From assembly GCA_002269645.1 (NCBI GenBank), contig NIVC01000781.1, positions 62,001 through 126,000 on the forward strand: DNA of 64,000 bases. The letters are read 5' to 3'. A program made the position numbers and the translations under genes. A model generated the notes under the pieces. That model was not told the DNA's origin. It saw only the letters and a program-made list of their open reading frames with translations, and did no database searches. Below, one piece after another: positions 1 through 14,358 of this stretch. Each line of letters opens with the position of its first letter. Position 1 is the stretch's first letter. This DNA is from Macrostomum lignano (Eukaryota).

Positions 1-3000
1 ATCCACTCCCCTATCTACCCTCTGAGTGTCTACCTTCTCATCCACTCCCCTATCTATCTGAGTGTCTACCTTCTCATCCACTCCCCTATCTATCTGAGTG
101 TCTACCCTCTCATCCACTCCCCTATCTACCCTCTGAGTGTCTACCTTCTCATCCACTCCCCTATCTATCTCAGTGTCTACCTTCTCATCCACTCCCCTAT
201 CTATCTCCTTTTCTACCCTCTCATTCACTCCCCTGTCTATCTCAGTGTCTACCTTCTCATCCACTCCCCTGTCTATCTCAGTGTCTACCTTCTCATCCAC
301 TCCCCTGTCTATCTCAGTGTCTACCTTCTCATCCACTCCCCTGTCTATCTCAGTGTCTACCTTCTCATCCACTCCCCTATCTACCCGTTAAGTGTCTACC
401 TTATCATCCACTCCCCTATCTATCTCAGTTTCTACCTTCTCATCCACTCCCCTGTCTATCTCAGTGTCTACCTTCTCATCCACTCCCCTGTCTATCTCAG
501 TGTCTACCTTCTCATCCACTCCCCTATCTACCCGTTAAGTGTCTACCTTATCATCCACTCCCCTATCTATCTCCGTTTCTACCTTCTCATCCACTCCCCT
601 GTCTATCTCAGTGTCTACCTTCTCACCCACTCCCCTATCTACCCGTTAAGTGTCTACCTTATCATCCACTCCCCTATCTACCCTCTGAGTGTCTACCCTC
701 TCATCCACTCCCCTATCTACCCTCTGAGTGTCTACCTTATCATCCACTCCCCTATCTACCCTCTGAGTGTCTACCTTCTCATCCACTCCCCTATCTACCC
801 TCTGAGTGTCTACCTTCTCATCCACTCCCCTATCTATCTGAGTGTCTACCCTCTCATCCACTCCCCTATCTATCTGAGTGTCTACCTTCTCATCCACTCC
901 CCTATCTATCTGAGTGTCTACTCTCTCATCCACTCCCCTATCTACCCTCTGAGTGTCTACCTTCTCATCCACTCCCCTATCTATCTCCTTTTCTACCCTC
1001 TCATCCACTCCCCTATCTACCCTCTCAGTGTCTACCTTCTCATCCACTCCCCTATCTATCTCAGTGTCTACCTTCTCACCCACTCCCCTATCTACCCTCT
1101 GAGTGTCTACCCTCTCATCCACTCCCCTATCTATCTCCTTTTCTACCCTCTCATCCACTCCCCTATCTACCCTCTCAGTGTCTACCTTCTCATCCACTCC
1201 CCTATCTATCTCAGTGTCTACCTTCTCACCCACTCCCCTATCTACCCTCTGAGTGTCTACCCTCTCATCCACTCCCCTATCTATCTGAGTGTCTACCCTC
1301 TCATCCACTCCCCTATCTATCTCAGTGTCTACCTTCTCATCCACTCCCCTATCTATCTGAGTGTCTACCTTCTCATCCACTCCCCTATCTACCCTCTGAG
1401 TGTCTACCCTCTCATCCACTCCCCTATCTATCTCCTTTTCTACCCTCTCATCCACTCCACTATCTACCCTCTCAGTGTCTACCTTCTCATCCACTCCCCT
1501 ATCTATCTGAGTGTCTACCTTCTCATCCACTCCCCTATCTATCTCCTTTTCTACCTTCTCACCCACTCCCCTATCTATCTGAGTGTCTACCTTCTCATCC
1601 ACTCCCCTATCTATCTCAGTGTCTACCTTCTCATCCACTCCCCTATCTATCTGAGTGTCTACCTTCTCACCCACTCCCCTATCTATATCCTTTTCTACCT
1701 TCTCATCCACTCCCCTATCTATCTCAGTGTCTACCTTCTCATCCACTCCCCTATCTATCTCAGTGTCTACCCTCTTACCCACTCCCCTATCTACCCTCTG
1801 AGTGTCTACCTTCTCATCCACTCCCCTATCTATCTGAGTGTCTACCTTCTCACCCACTCCCCTATCTATCTCCTTTTCTACCTTCTCATCCACTCCCCTA
1901 TCTACCCTCTGAGTGTCTACCCTCTCATCCACTCCCCTATCTACCCTCTCAGTGTCTACCTTCTCATCCACTCCCCTATCTATCTGAGTGTCTACCTTCT
2001 CATCCACTCCCCTATCTATCTGAGTGTCTACCTTCTCATCCACTCCCCTATCTATCTCCTTTTCTACCTTCTCATCCACTCCCCTGTCTACCCTCTGAGT
2101 GTCTACCCTCTCATCCACTCCCCTATCTACCCTCTCAGTGTCTACCTTCTCATCCACTCCCCTATCTACTCTCTGAGTGTCTACCCTCTCATCCACTCCC
2201 CTATCTACCCTCCCAGTGTCTACCTTCTCATCCACTCCCCTATCTACCCTCTGAGTGTCTACCCTCTCATCCACTCCCCTATCTACCCTCTCAGTGTCTA
2301 CCTTCTCATCCACTCCCCTATCTACCCTCTAAGTGTCTACCTTCTCATCCACTCCCCTATCTATCTGAGTGTCTACCTTCTCATCCACTCCCCTATCTAT
2401 CTCCTTTTCTACCTTCTCATCCACTCCCCTATCTACCCTCTAAGTGTCTACCTTCTCATCCACTCCCCTATCTACCCTCTAAGTGTCTACCTTCTCATCC
2501 ACTCCCCTATCTACCCTCTAAGTGTCTACCTTCTCATCCACTCCCCTATCTACCCTCTAAGTGTCTACCTTCTCACCCACTCCCCTATCTACCCTCTAAG
2601 TGTCTACCTTCTCATCCACTCCCCTATCTACCCTCTAAGTGTCTACCTTCTCATCCACTCCCCTATCTATCTGAGTGTCTACCTTCTCACCCACTCCCCT
2701 ATCTACCCTCTGAGTGTCTACCCTCTCATCCACTCCCCTATCTACCCTCTCAGTGTCTACCTTCTCACCCACTCCCCTATCTACCCTCTGAGTGTCTACC
2801 CTCTCATCCACTCCCCTATCTACCCTCTCAGTGTCTACCTTCTCACCCACTCCCCTATCTACCCTCTGAGTGTCTACCCTCTCATCCACTCCCCTATCTA
2901 CCCTCTCAGTGTCTACCTTCTCATCCACTCCCCTATCTACCCTCTGAGTGTCTACCCTCTCATCCACTCCCCTATCTACCCTCTCAGTGTCTACCTTCTC

Positions 3001-3069
3001 ATCCACTCCCCTATCTACCCTCTAAGTGTCTACCTTCTCATCCACTCCCCTATCTACCCTCTGAGTGTC
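1..3069. repeat. Minisatellite with mixed 36/39-bp units (GAGTGTCTACCTTCTCATCCACTCCCCTATCTA[TCT/CCCTCT]); runs off the window start
   Basis: Directly visible tandem units, pyrimidine-rich on +. The long D/E/V/R-repeat ORFs on - are by-products of the 3n unit length. Confidence 0.98.
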
Positions 3070-3633
3070 CCACAGCCAGGAAGACGGTAGAATCCTCGGA
3101 ATTTTCCGGCGCAAATCAGCAATTTGCCGGCGCACGGCGCACACTTCACTGCGCCGCGCGCATGGGCTCGGCGCATCGGCGCATGGCTCGGTGCATCGGT
3201 GCATGGCTCGGCGCATGGCGCACAAGGTACGTCAGTGTACGTGACAATATAATAATGAATAATAAAAAAACGTATATTAAATGTCAATCAATCAATAAAA
3301 TAAACGATAGTCGATACGATAGTCGTTATTTCCAATGTTGTTTCTATTTCAAATTTCATTAATCGACTTAACAAACTTAACAAATTTGCGCCTTTCGCGG
3401 CTTTTGTTGCGTCTTTTTGCTTATATTTTGCAAATAGAAGCCATGATTGAACTGCTTGAACTTCCATTGATATTGATTCAATTTAGATACTTAATACTTG
3501 ATGGTGCTTTTTCAAGTGTATTTTTCTCGGCGCATGGCGCACAAGTAATTTTTTTTTCTCGGCGCACGCGGCGCACAGCAAAAATTTTGATGGATGTTAT
3601 TCCGGCGCACACGCTGCACCTTCCTGACCATGG
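3070..3633. mobile_element. 564-bp MITE inserted into the minisatellite (imperfect 14-bp TIR, 8-bp TSD, hAT-like)
   Basis: Left end CCACAGCCAGGAAG matches the reverse complement of the right end CCATGGTCAGGAAG at 11/14. TGAGTGTC flanks both sides (3062-3069, 3634-3641). Removing the element plus one TSD restores an exact repeat unit. There are many internal CGGCGCA motifs and an AT-rich centre. Confidence 0.75.
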
Positions 3634-4185
3634 TGAGTGTCTACCTTCTCATCCACTCCCCTATCTATCTGAGTGTCTACCTTCTCATCCACTCCCCTAT
3701 CTATCTCCTTTTCTACCTTCTCATCCACTCCCCTATCTACCCTCTAAGTGTCTACCTTCTCATCCACTCCCCTATCTACCCTCTCAGTGTCTACCTTCTC
3801 ATCCACTCCCCTATCTACCCTCTAAGTGTCTACCTTCTCATCCACTCCCCTATCTACCCTCTAAGTGTCTACCTTCTCATCCACTCCCCTATCTACCCTC
3901 TAAGTGTCTACCTTCTCATCCACTCCCCTATCTACCCTCTAAGTGTCTACCTTCTCACCCACTCCCCTATCTACCCTCTAAGTGTCTACCTTCTCATCCA
4001 CTCCCCTATCTACCCTCTAAGTGTCTACCTTCTCATCCACTCCCCTATCTACCCTCTAAGTGTCTACCTTCTCACCCACTCCCCTATCTATATAAGTGTC
4101 TACCTTCTCATCCACCCCCTATCTATCTCCGTTTCTACCTTCTCATCCACTCCTCTATCTAAATCTCAGTGTCTACCCTCTCTAA
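3634..4185. repeat. Continuation of the 36/39-bp minisatellite after the MITE
   Basis: Same unit as 1-3069. Confidence 0.97.
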
Positions 4186-4535
4186 GCCAGTCCCCCTCTA
4201 CTCTCCAAGCCACTTTTTATAATTTATTCTATCACGAATCGTCACCATCAAATTTTATGCACCTCCCGCTACTCTCATCCTTCGAATAAGTGAGATGATA
4301 AGAAAGCCGCAGAAAAATCTTTCAAAATCCGAAATTTAATATCCGCCCATCTGTTTTGAGCAGACCTTGAACAATTCAATTTTAGGAAGACCATGCAGCT
4401 AACAACTATAAAAGCATTAGCCTTCCCAAGCCATGTATGGCTAAGAATATTATAGTTTGAGCGAATTTTTACCAAGCAGAACCTCATCTGTCTCCTGCTC
4501 AGGGTGGGTGAGCAGAGCGAGTTGCTTGCTCAGCT

Positions 4536-5286
4536 TGTTTGCTCTTCTGCCGCCGCCGCCGCCCCAGGGGGTACCACCGACGTCAGCCCCCACCCCTAAC
4601 AACACAAACAAGGGGGGTCGGTCGCCCCCCCCCCCCGCTGCCGCCAACTTTCACTTTACCGCGACAATCGGCTGAGCTATGGGTGGGGGCGTTCCTTTGT
4701 TTGCTCTCCTCCTCTCTCTCTCCCACGTTCGACGGCGACCGTGAGTGCAGGCCTAGGAATTGGGTCCGCTCTCGCGGTTTCCTAGAATTATTCGGGCGGT
4801 AATGGGTATTGGAGCCGGCCGCCTGCTCACTTGTTTGCCAAAGGCCTACTAGGCTCTTCAGGCCTTGCTAGCGGAGCGACATGTGATTCAACCTAGGGTA
4901 AACCCTAACAGCGCTCACCAACCAACCAAGGCTCTGGTAAACACAAATTCTGTCGTTGCTATGACAACGAAACGAAACGGGAACGAATGAATCCAGAGAA
5001 AGTTCCTAGCTGTGGGGGCCGTTGTGTTCAGCGTTGAATAAGGCTGAACGGAATAGAATGAGCAGGACTCGACGGAGAGCTGCTGAAGTATAAGCTTGAG
5101 AGAACTCCCGGCGGAAACCGGATCCCTTGTTTGCTCGGGATTGGAGTCCGTGGCGGCAGCTTCCCAGCTGCATCATGGCCAGCTTGTGCCGCTGCTGCAT
5201 GCTGCCTTATCAGTTGTTTGCTCAAGTTCTGCAGGACCCCGGACGGGGATGTTGGAGGCACCAGCAGCAGCAGCACAAGGCAAACA
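4536..5286. promoter_or_regulatory. Candidate cis-regulatory module with clustered forkhead motifs
   Basis: TGTTTGC at 4536, 4698, 4832, 5128 and 5215, GTAAACA at 4937 and GCAAACA at 5280. These lie in a GC-rich non-repetitive island ~9.5 kb 3' of FoxA. Confidence 0.4.
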
Positions 5287-5624
5287 CTGGGCCTCGGCTC
5301 TTCCTCGCGGCCTGACATCTTCCATCCTGCAGGAAGTGGATGGATGGGTGAAGCCAAGAGGACTGACGAAGGGAGGGGTTGATGAGGAAAATGAGAATAT
5401 GGAAGAGATCCGTTTTTCTGTCCGGAGATCGGTTTTCTGTACGCCGATAAGTATAAGCCGTGCAGCTCGAGTCCTGATTGAAATTTTGCAATCTGAACAA
5501 AATTTTCGAAACCTTTTATGTGGAAATGAAGATCAGCAGAGTAAGAGATGAAGATTTACATGCAACGGAAAATTAGGGGAGAGGGAGAGACGGTGCAATA
5601 AAGAGGGAGGTTGCGTTAAATGAA

Positions 5625-7450
5625 AAATTGGTAGAGTGAGGGATTGGGTAGAGTGAGAGATTGGGTAGAGTGAGGGATTGGGTAGAGTGAGAGATTGGGT
5701 AGAGTGAGGGATTGGGTAGAGTGAGGGATTGGGTAGAGTGAGGGATTGGGTATAGAGTTGGGGACTGGGTAGAGTGAGAGATTGGGTAGAGTGAGAGATT
5801 GGGTAGAGTGAGAGATTGGGTAGAGTGAGGGATTGGGTAGAGTGAGGGATTGGGTAGAGTGAGGGATTGGGTAGAGTGAGGGATTGGGTATAGAGTTGGG
5901 GACTGGGTAGAGTGAGAGATTGGGTAGAGTGAGAGATTGGGTAGAGTGAGAGATTGGGTAGAGTGAGAGATTGGGTAGAGTGAGGGATTGGGTATAGAGT
6001 TGGGGACTGGGTAGAGTGAGGGATTGGGTAGAGTGAGAGATTGGGTAGAGTGAGAGATTGGGTAGAGTGAGAGATTGGGTAGAGTGAGGGATTGGGTATA
6101 GAGTTGGGGACTGGGTAGAGTGAGAGATTGGGTAGAGTGAGGGATTGGGTAGAGTGGGGGATTGGGTAGAGTGAGAGATTGGGTAGAGTGAGGGATTGGG
6201 TAGAGTGAAGGATTGGGTAGAGTGAGAGATTGGGTAGAGTGAGGGATTGGGTAGAGTGAAGGATTGGGTAGAGTGAGGGATTGGGTAGAGTGAGGGATTG
6301 GGTAGAGTGAGGGATTGGGTAGAGTGAGGGATTGGGTAGAGTGAGGGATTGGGTAGAGTGAGGGATTGGGTAGAGTGAGGGATTGAGTGGAGTGAAGGAT
6401 TGGGTAGAGTGAGAGATTGGGTAGAGTGAGGGATTGGGTAGAGTGGGGGATTGGGTAGAGTGAGAGATTGGGTAGAGTGAGGGATTGGGTAGAGTGAAGG
6501 ATTGGGTAGAGTGAGAGATTGGGTAGAGTGAGGGATTGGGTAGAGTGAGGGATTGGGTAGAGTGAGAGATTGGGTAGAGTGAGGGATTGGGTAGAGTGAA
6601 GGATTGGGTAGAGTGAGGGATTGGGTAGAGTGAGGGATTGGGTAGAGTGAGGGATTGGGTAGAGTGAGGGATTGGGTAGAGTGAGGGATTGGGTAGAGTG
6701 AGGGATTGAGTGGAGTGAAGGATTGGGTAGAGTGAGAGATTGGGTAGAGTGAGGGATTGGGTAGAGTGAGGGATTGGGTAGAGTGAGGGATTGGGTAGAG
6801 TGAGGGATTGGGTAGAGTGAGGGATTGGGTAGAGTGAGGGATTGGGTAGAGTGAGGGATTGAGTGGAGTGAAGGATTGGGTAGAGTGAGAGATTGGGTAG
6901 AGTGAGGGATTGGGTAGAGTGAGGGATTGGGTAGAGTGAGAGATTGGGTAGAGTGAGGATTGGGTAGAGTGAAGGATTGGGTAGAGTGAGAGATTGGGTA
7001 GAGTGAGGGATTGGGTAGAGTGAGGGATTGGGTAGAGTGAGAGATTGGGTAGAGTGAGGGATTGGGTAGAGTGAAGGATTGGGTAGAGTGAAGGATTGGG
7101 TAGAGTGAGGGATTGGGTAGAGTGAGGGATTGGGTAGAGTGAGGGATTGGGTAGAGTGAGGGATTGGGTAGAGTGAGGGATTGAGTGGAGTGAAGGATTG
7201 GGTAGAGTGAGAGATTGGGTAGAGTGAGGGATTGGGTAGAGTGAGGGATTGGGTAGAGTGAGAGATTGGGTAGAGTGAGGGATTGGGTAGAGTGAGGGAT
7301 TGGGTAGAGTGGGGGATTGGGTGGAGTGAGAGATTAGGTAGAGTGAGAGATTGGGTAGAGTGAGGGATTGGGTAGAGTGAGGGATTGGGTAGAGTGAGGG
7401 ATTGGGTAGAGTGAGGGATTGGGTAGAGTGAGGGATTGGGTAGAGTGAGA
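5625..7450. repeat. 17-bp G-rich minisatellite (GAGGGATTGGGTAGAGT)
   Basis: About 105 tandem units, with two GGG runs in most units. Confidence 0.98.
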
Positions 7451-8127
7451 TATTACATGTAGGTATACAGGGAAGGATAAAGGAGGAGATAAGACCTAAT
7501 GATAAAGATGGAGATAATAGATAGATTTTAATGATAAGGTAGAGGGAGAGAGGGAGAGGCAATTGAAGCCAGAGGGGTAGAGAAGTACCCGTTAGTGAGT
7601 TGAGCTGTCAAGAGTGGCACTGCGTGTAAATGGATTGATAAAGCAATTACGAGCGTATTAAGAAATTATTAACAAGTATTACGCTACACTCCATTGCTCC
7701 ACCAATTGTCTCACTTTTTGAGCCTATGAATTGCAGGCCGCATACACCGTAAGTAGGAGCTCTGCTGCAGGCTGGGACGCCAAGGCTGTTAGCGGACCTT
7801 CCCCAGATTGGCAATGCGCAAGTGTTGGGGGGTCTCGGAGGACTGAAGACTGTTGGAATTATTGCACACTTGAAATCCTGCCCCACTCGAAATGAAACAT
7901 GCAGGGGGGGGGGGGGGGCAGCGCAGGGCTCTTGTCTGATATTGCTTCCACCGCCTCACGCCAAGACTGTTTGCACCAAGACGGTCTCACCCACTTCACA
8001 GCTGCAGCCGGGGTTCGACTTCTGCTAACCCCTCTTTCTTCGCGCGTTGGAGCTCTGTAGCTGTTATTTGCTGAGCTGTTTGTGGCCTGGAGATTAACCT
8101 GACCTCAGCTCATAACTGCTTTATGTA

Positions 8128-9006
<879 letters not shown>

Positions 9007-9597
9007 ACCGCAGCCCCCTCGCACTTGCACAGCCACCCGCTTCTCTGGCAGTCTGTCGGCGGCTCTGCTTGCAAAAGCAAGACAGCCCAAACCGAGTTGA
9101 GCTGGTCTGCAGGCGGGCGTCCCCCCCCCCCTATCCCGCGGCCCCAGCGCGCAACCCGAACAGTTGAGCAAACACAAAGGCCAGCTTGGGAATACGTGAG
9201 CACAAGCCGACTTGAGCTGCTCGTATCGCTGAGATTCGAGCTCCCATCCATCGTTTATTCCGGGCAGGCTGGCTGAGCAGTCGGTGGGAGCGGGGGGGGG
9301 TCGGGTCTGTGTTTGCACTGGGACTGCTGTTCAGACCCGATCCGGGACCTCCCATGCAGCGGCTTAGGGATTTTTGTTGGAATCTTTTAGTCCCTGATAA
9401 TCGGGCAAAAAAGTTAGCGCTGGAAGTGGACGGGCTTGCTCCAGTGTAGCTTAAATTGCCATTTTCTTGGTTTCCCGACAGGTATCATGACTGGTGCATG
9501 ACGCTTATAATCTGATAGTCCACTCTACGAGTATGACTATTTTTGTCCATATTGTTGTCATTAACTGTTATAATTTTTTTAACATAACTTCGTGTTA

Positions 9598-10213
9598 TTG
9601 AGAGTAGTCCTAGAGTAAGTTCATAAAGAGTAGGTCATAGAGAGTAGGTCATAGAAAGTAGGTCATAGAGAGTAGATCATAGATATTAGGTCATAAAGAG
9701 TAGGTCATAGAGAGTACGTCATAGAGAGTAGGTCATAGAGAGTAGGTCACAGATATTTGGTCATAGAGAGTAGGTCATGGAGAGTAGGTCATAGAGAGTA
9801 GGTCAAAGAGAGTAGGTCATAGATATTAGGTCATAAAGAGTAGGTCATAGAGAGTAGGTCACAGATATTAGGTCATAGAGAGTAGGTCATGGAGAGTAGG
9901 TCATAGAAAGTAGGTCATGAGTAAAAGATCATAGAGAGTAGATCATAGAGAGTAGATCATAGAGAGTAGGTCAAAGAGAGTAGGTCATAGATATTAGGTC
10001 ATAAAGAGTAGGTCATAGAGAGTAGGTCACAGGTATTAGGTCATAGAGAGTAGGTCATGGAGAGTAGGTCATAGAAAGTAGGTCATGAGTAAAAGATTAT
10101 AGAGAGTAGGTCATACAGAGTAGGTCATAGAGAGTAGGTCATAGAGAGTACGTCATAGAGAGTAGGTCATAGAGAGTAGGTCATAGACAGTAGGTCATAG
10201 ACAGTAGGTCAAA
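9598..10213. repeat. 14-bp minisatellite (TAGAGAGTAGGTCA)
   Basis: Directly visible tandem units. Confidence 0.96.
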
Positions 10214-10636
10214 GAGGATGATGTCAAGCGAAGGCCGACCAACCACAATGGACAGCAGATAATTCTAAATGTCCCAAATCCCAGTGATTACTGTCCGCTC
10301 GATAGCCAGATCCCCCGTAATTTTCTGTTTAATCTGGCATTTCCTCTCCCAGCCGAACCAAATTGCCTTCATTGTTGACCGAAGGCGAGCTCACATTAGT
10401 GCTATCAGAGTTATATAACTCATTTAATTAAATCTGTTTGCTTGCCAACCAGTCAATGCTATGCAGTTTTTATTTGTGTGAATTTCAACTTCGACCAATC
10501 GCCTATGCAATCGATGTCAATATTGAGAGATTCCCAGTGATCTGGGTGGCCAGTGGTTTGATTGACAGGTCGGCACTGCTGATTTTGTGCAAGTTGAAAG
10601 AATATTGCTCAAAAACTGCCTACAAATTTGGCTATG

Positions 10637-11547
10637 AGAGAGGTAGAGAAGTAGAGAGACAGGTCGAAAATTAGATGGAGACAGGTAGACAGTAGATAGA
10701 GACAGGTTGAAAATTAGATGGAGACAGACAGTAGATAGAGACAGGTAGAAGGTAGATAGAGAGGTAGACAGTAGATAGAGACAGGTTGAAAATTAGATGG
10801 AGACAGACAGTAGATAGAGACAGGTAGAAGGTAGATAGAGAGGTAGACAGTAGATAGAGACAGGTTGAAAATTAGATGGAGACAGACAGTAGATAGAGAC
10901 AGGTAGAAGGTAGATAGAGAGGTAGACAGTAGATAGAGACAGGTCGAAAATTAGATGGAGACAGGTAGACAGTAGATAAAGACAGGTTGAAAATTAGATG
11001 GAGACAGACAGTAGATAGAGACAGGTAGAAGGTAGATAGAGAGGTAGACAGTAGATAGAGACAGGTCGAAAATTAGATGGAGACAGGTAGACAGTAGATA
11101 GAGACAGCAGATAGAGACAGTAGATAGAGACAGCAGATAGAGACAGTAGATAGAGACAGGTAGACAGTAGATAGAGACAGGTAGACAGCAGATAGAGACA
11201 GTAGATAGAGACAGTAGATAGAGACCGGTAGACAGTAGATAGAGACAGGTAGACAGTAGATAGAGACAGGTAGACAGAGACACTAGATAGAGACCGGTAG
11301 ACAGTAGATAGAGACAGGTAGACAGTAGATAGAGACCGGTAGACAGTAGATAGAGACAGGTAGACAGTAGATAGAGACAGGTAGACAGAGACAGTAGATA
11401 GAGACCGGTAGACAGTAGATAGAGACAGTAGATAGAGACAGTAGATAGAGACAGTAGGTAGAGACAGTAGATAGAGACAGGTAGACAGAGACAGTAGATA
11501 GAGACCGGTAGACAGTAGATAGAGACAGTAGACAGAGACAGTAGACA
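10637..11547. repeat. Compound purine-rich minisatellite (GTAGACAGTAGATAGAGACAG and longer variants)
   Basis: Directly visible, with ~21-bp and 15-bp cores and higher-order variants. Confidence 0.95.
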
Positions 11548-12233
11548 GTTACGTGGCGATGGAACGGTACGTCACAGAGCCATCAAAAGCGCGGAGCACA
11601 ATGGGGCTGGCAATGGCGCTTTGTCTCCTGTGAAACAGGCAGTGTCAGACAATACAGCGGCTACTAAAATCCATTGTAATCCACACAGCTCTGGGCTGCA
11701 ATCATTATACGATTTTAATGCGATCACAGAACAGTGCTTTCCTGTCCCCCTGTGCATGCGATTCCGTTCCGCACACCACTGCTTTCTATAATCTCTCACC
11801 TTTCCACTCTCATGTATATATAATATGGTGTGCAATAATATGTAGGGCCTCTAATATTATTATGCATCTTGCCCATGCACTGAGGCTGTTACTGTTATAC
11901 TCGCCGGTTAAGCGTGAAGTGGGCCCTTATAATCGACTCCAACTTAGCTAACTAGCTGCACACAACTGGCCTCCTAGCTCCTAGCCAGAATCACTTTGCC
12001 CGCCCCCTATAGGAGAACTCTATTTTCAGACAAGTGTAGGCCGATTGCAAGTTTTCTATTCATTTTGCACTGCTAGTCAGCCTACAGTTGTATAACTATG
12101 AAGGAGTCTGGGCAAATAGTTTCTGCTCCCAGTTTGTGCTTTCAGACCTTCTTGGCTTTTCCCAAAACCGTCTGCACACATTGATTATGATATTATCACA
12201 GCGGAGCTATCGATATGAACTTGTCCAGGGTCC

Positions 12234-12928
12234 TGTGTTTGTCTTTGTCTTTGTCTTTGTCTGTCCTGTCCTGCCTTTGTCTGTCCTGTCTTGTCTATCC
12301 TGTCTTGTCTGTCCTGTCTTGTCTGTCCTGTCTTGTCTGTTTTGTCTTGTCTGTCCTGTCTTGTCTGTCCTGTCTTGTCTGTCCTGTCTTTGTCTATCCT
12401 GTCTTGTCTGTCCTGTCTTGTCTGTCCTGTCTTGTCTGTCCTGTCTTGTCTGTCCTGTCTTGTCTGTCCTGTCTTGTCTGTCCTGTCTTGTCTGTCCTGT
12501 CTTGTCTGTCCTGTCTTGTCTGTCCTGTCTTTGTCTATCCTGTCTTGTCTGTCCTGTCTTGTCTGTCCTGTCTTGTCTGTCCTGTCTTGTCTGTCCTGTC
12601 TTGTCTGTCCTGTCTTTGTCGATCCTGTCTTGTCTGTCCTGTCTTGTCTGTCCTGTCTTGTCTGTCCTGTCTTGTCTGTCCTGTCTTGTCTGTCCTGTCT
12701 TGTCTGTCCTGTCTTGTCTGTCCTGTCTTGTCTGTCCTGTCTTGTCTGTCCTGTCTTGTCTGTCCTGTCTTGTCTGTCCTGTCTTTGTCTATCCTGTCTT
12801 GTCTGTCCTGTCTTGTCTGTCCTGTCTTGTCTGTCCTGTCTTGTCTATCCTGTCTTGTCGACAGTCTTGTCGACTGTCTTGTCTTGTCTGTCCTGTCTTG
12901 TCTTGTCTCCTACATATTTGTCTTGTCT
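12234..12928. repeat. 14-bp minisatellite (CTGTCCTGTCTTGT)
   Basis: Directly visible. Confidence 0.97.
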
Positions 12929-13789
12929 GTCACTCCTTGCAGAAACCAGCTTACTACATATCTATAACAGGTGTTGCGCAGTCCTACTCAGTACACAAAG
13001 TTGAAGCATAAACAGGATTAATAATTATTTCTATTTCAAGCTAAGGCATGTGGCTATCAGCTTAGGCTGGAGTCTGCTGGAGGGGAGGGTGCTGAGGAAC
13101 CGGCCTCGGGGTTCAAGTGGCCCTGGATGGCCAGGGTTTTTTCGCTTTGGCTCAATTTTTTGAACCTGCTCAGACTCAAGAGCGGAGACTGGAGTCACCT
13201 GGCTAAGCCAGGTAATGATGAATTATCACAGGCAAATAAGTAAAGCAGGAAAGCTGATCGACCACAATTTATAAATAATTGATCATTGTTCACAAGTCGC
13301 AGAAACTGCCGCAGTTCACAGTGCACATTATATAATAATGTAAAATTTTTATTCCAATTCACTGCATTGCAGGCACTTTAGGGAATTAGTTCAAAATGAT
13401 AAATGAATAGTTATGCAAAGTTGGTTTTAGTTTGAGTTGATTCTTTTATACGCTTATAAATATTTATATATAAATGATAGGTCAGATGGTTAATAAATTG
13501 TAAATATAGAGAGATTTGAAATTTAAACACGCGGGTTTGCAGAAGAGCAGATAAATAAATATTTATAGGAAATAGTTTCTTAAAAGAAGATAAGTAATAT
13601 TAAATTCAATTTGATTTAGACATACAGTACAGTTTACAGGGGCGACAGAATCTGTGTTTTTGGTTACAAAATCTGAGGGCAAGCAGTCACCTGCAATCCC
13701 TGGGCTTGTCATTTTGAAGTTCATGACGTATTTGTAATTGATGTAGATCAGTCTGTAGAGCCGTTTCTAGGGTTGGTAGAGTGTGAAAA

Positions 13790-14358
13790 AGATGAGGGAG
13801 AGAGTGAGATAGATGAGGGAGAGAGTGAGATAGATGAGGGAAACAGTGAGATAGATGAGAGAGAGAGTGAGATAGATGAGGGAAACAGTGAGATAGATGA
13901 GGGAGACAGTGAGATAGATGAGGGAGACAGTGAGATAGATGAGGGAGATAGTGAAATAGATGAGGGAAAGAGGGAGATAGATGAGGGAGACAGTGAGATA
14001 GATGAGGCAGACAGTGCGATAGATGAGGGAAACAGTGAGATAGATGAGGCAGACAGTGAGAAAGATAAGGGAGACAGTGAGATAGATGAGGGAGACAGTG
14101 AGATAGATGAGGCAGACAGTGAGATAGATGAGGCAGACAGTGAGATAGATGAGGCAGACAGTGAGATAGATGAGGGAGAGAGTGAGATAGATGAGGGGGA
14201 CAGTGAGATAGATGAGGGAGAGAGTGAGATAGATGAGGGAGACAGTGAGATAGATGAGGGAGAGAGTGAGATAGATGAGCTTGAGTGTGAGATGGCTGAG
14301 GGAAACAGTGGGATAGATGAGGGAGACAGTGAGATAGATGAGAGAGTGTGATAGATGA
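13790..14358. repeat. 21-bp minisatellite (GAGGGAGACAGTGAGATAGAT) just 3' of the FoxA stop
   Basis: Directly visible. The (DEGDSEI)n ORF is a repeat by-product. Confidence 0.96.

Noticed and set aside
646-3006. Long (DEKVDTQRVDRGV)n ORFs
   Set aside because: They are translations of a 36/39-bp minisatellite with no unique coding sequence.
5096-5551. Protein-like + ORF / possible exon (~5331-5540, ...RVLIEILQSEQNFRNLL...|GTAAGA) and overlapping - ORF
   Set aside because: I recognised no domain and could not link a partner exon in phase. It cannot be excluded without BLASTX or RNA-seq.
13773-14351. Acidic (DEGDSEI)n ORF antisense to the FoxA 3' region
   Set aside because: It is entirely within a 21-bp tandem array.
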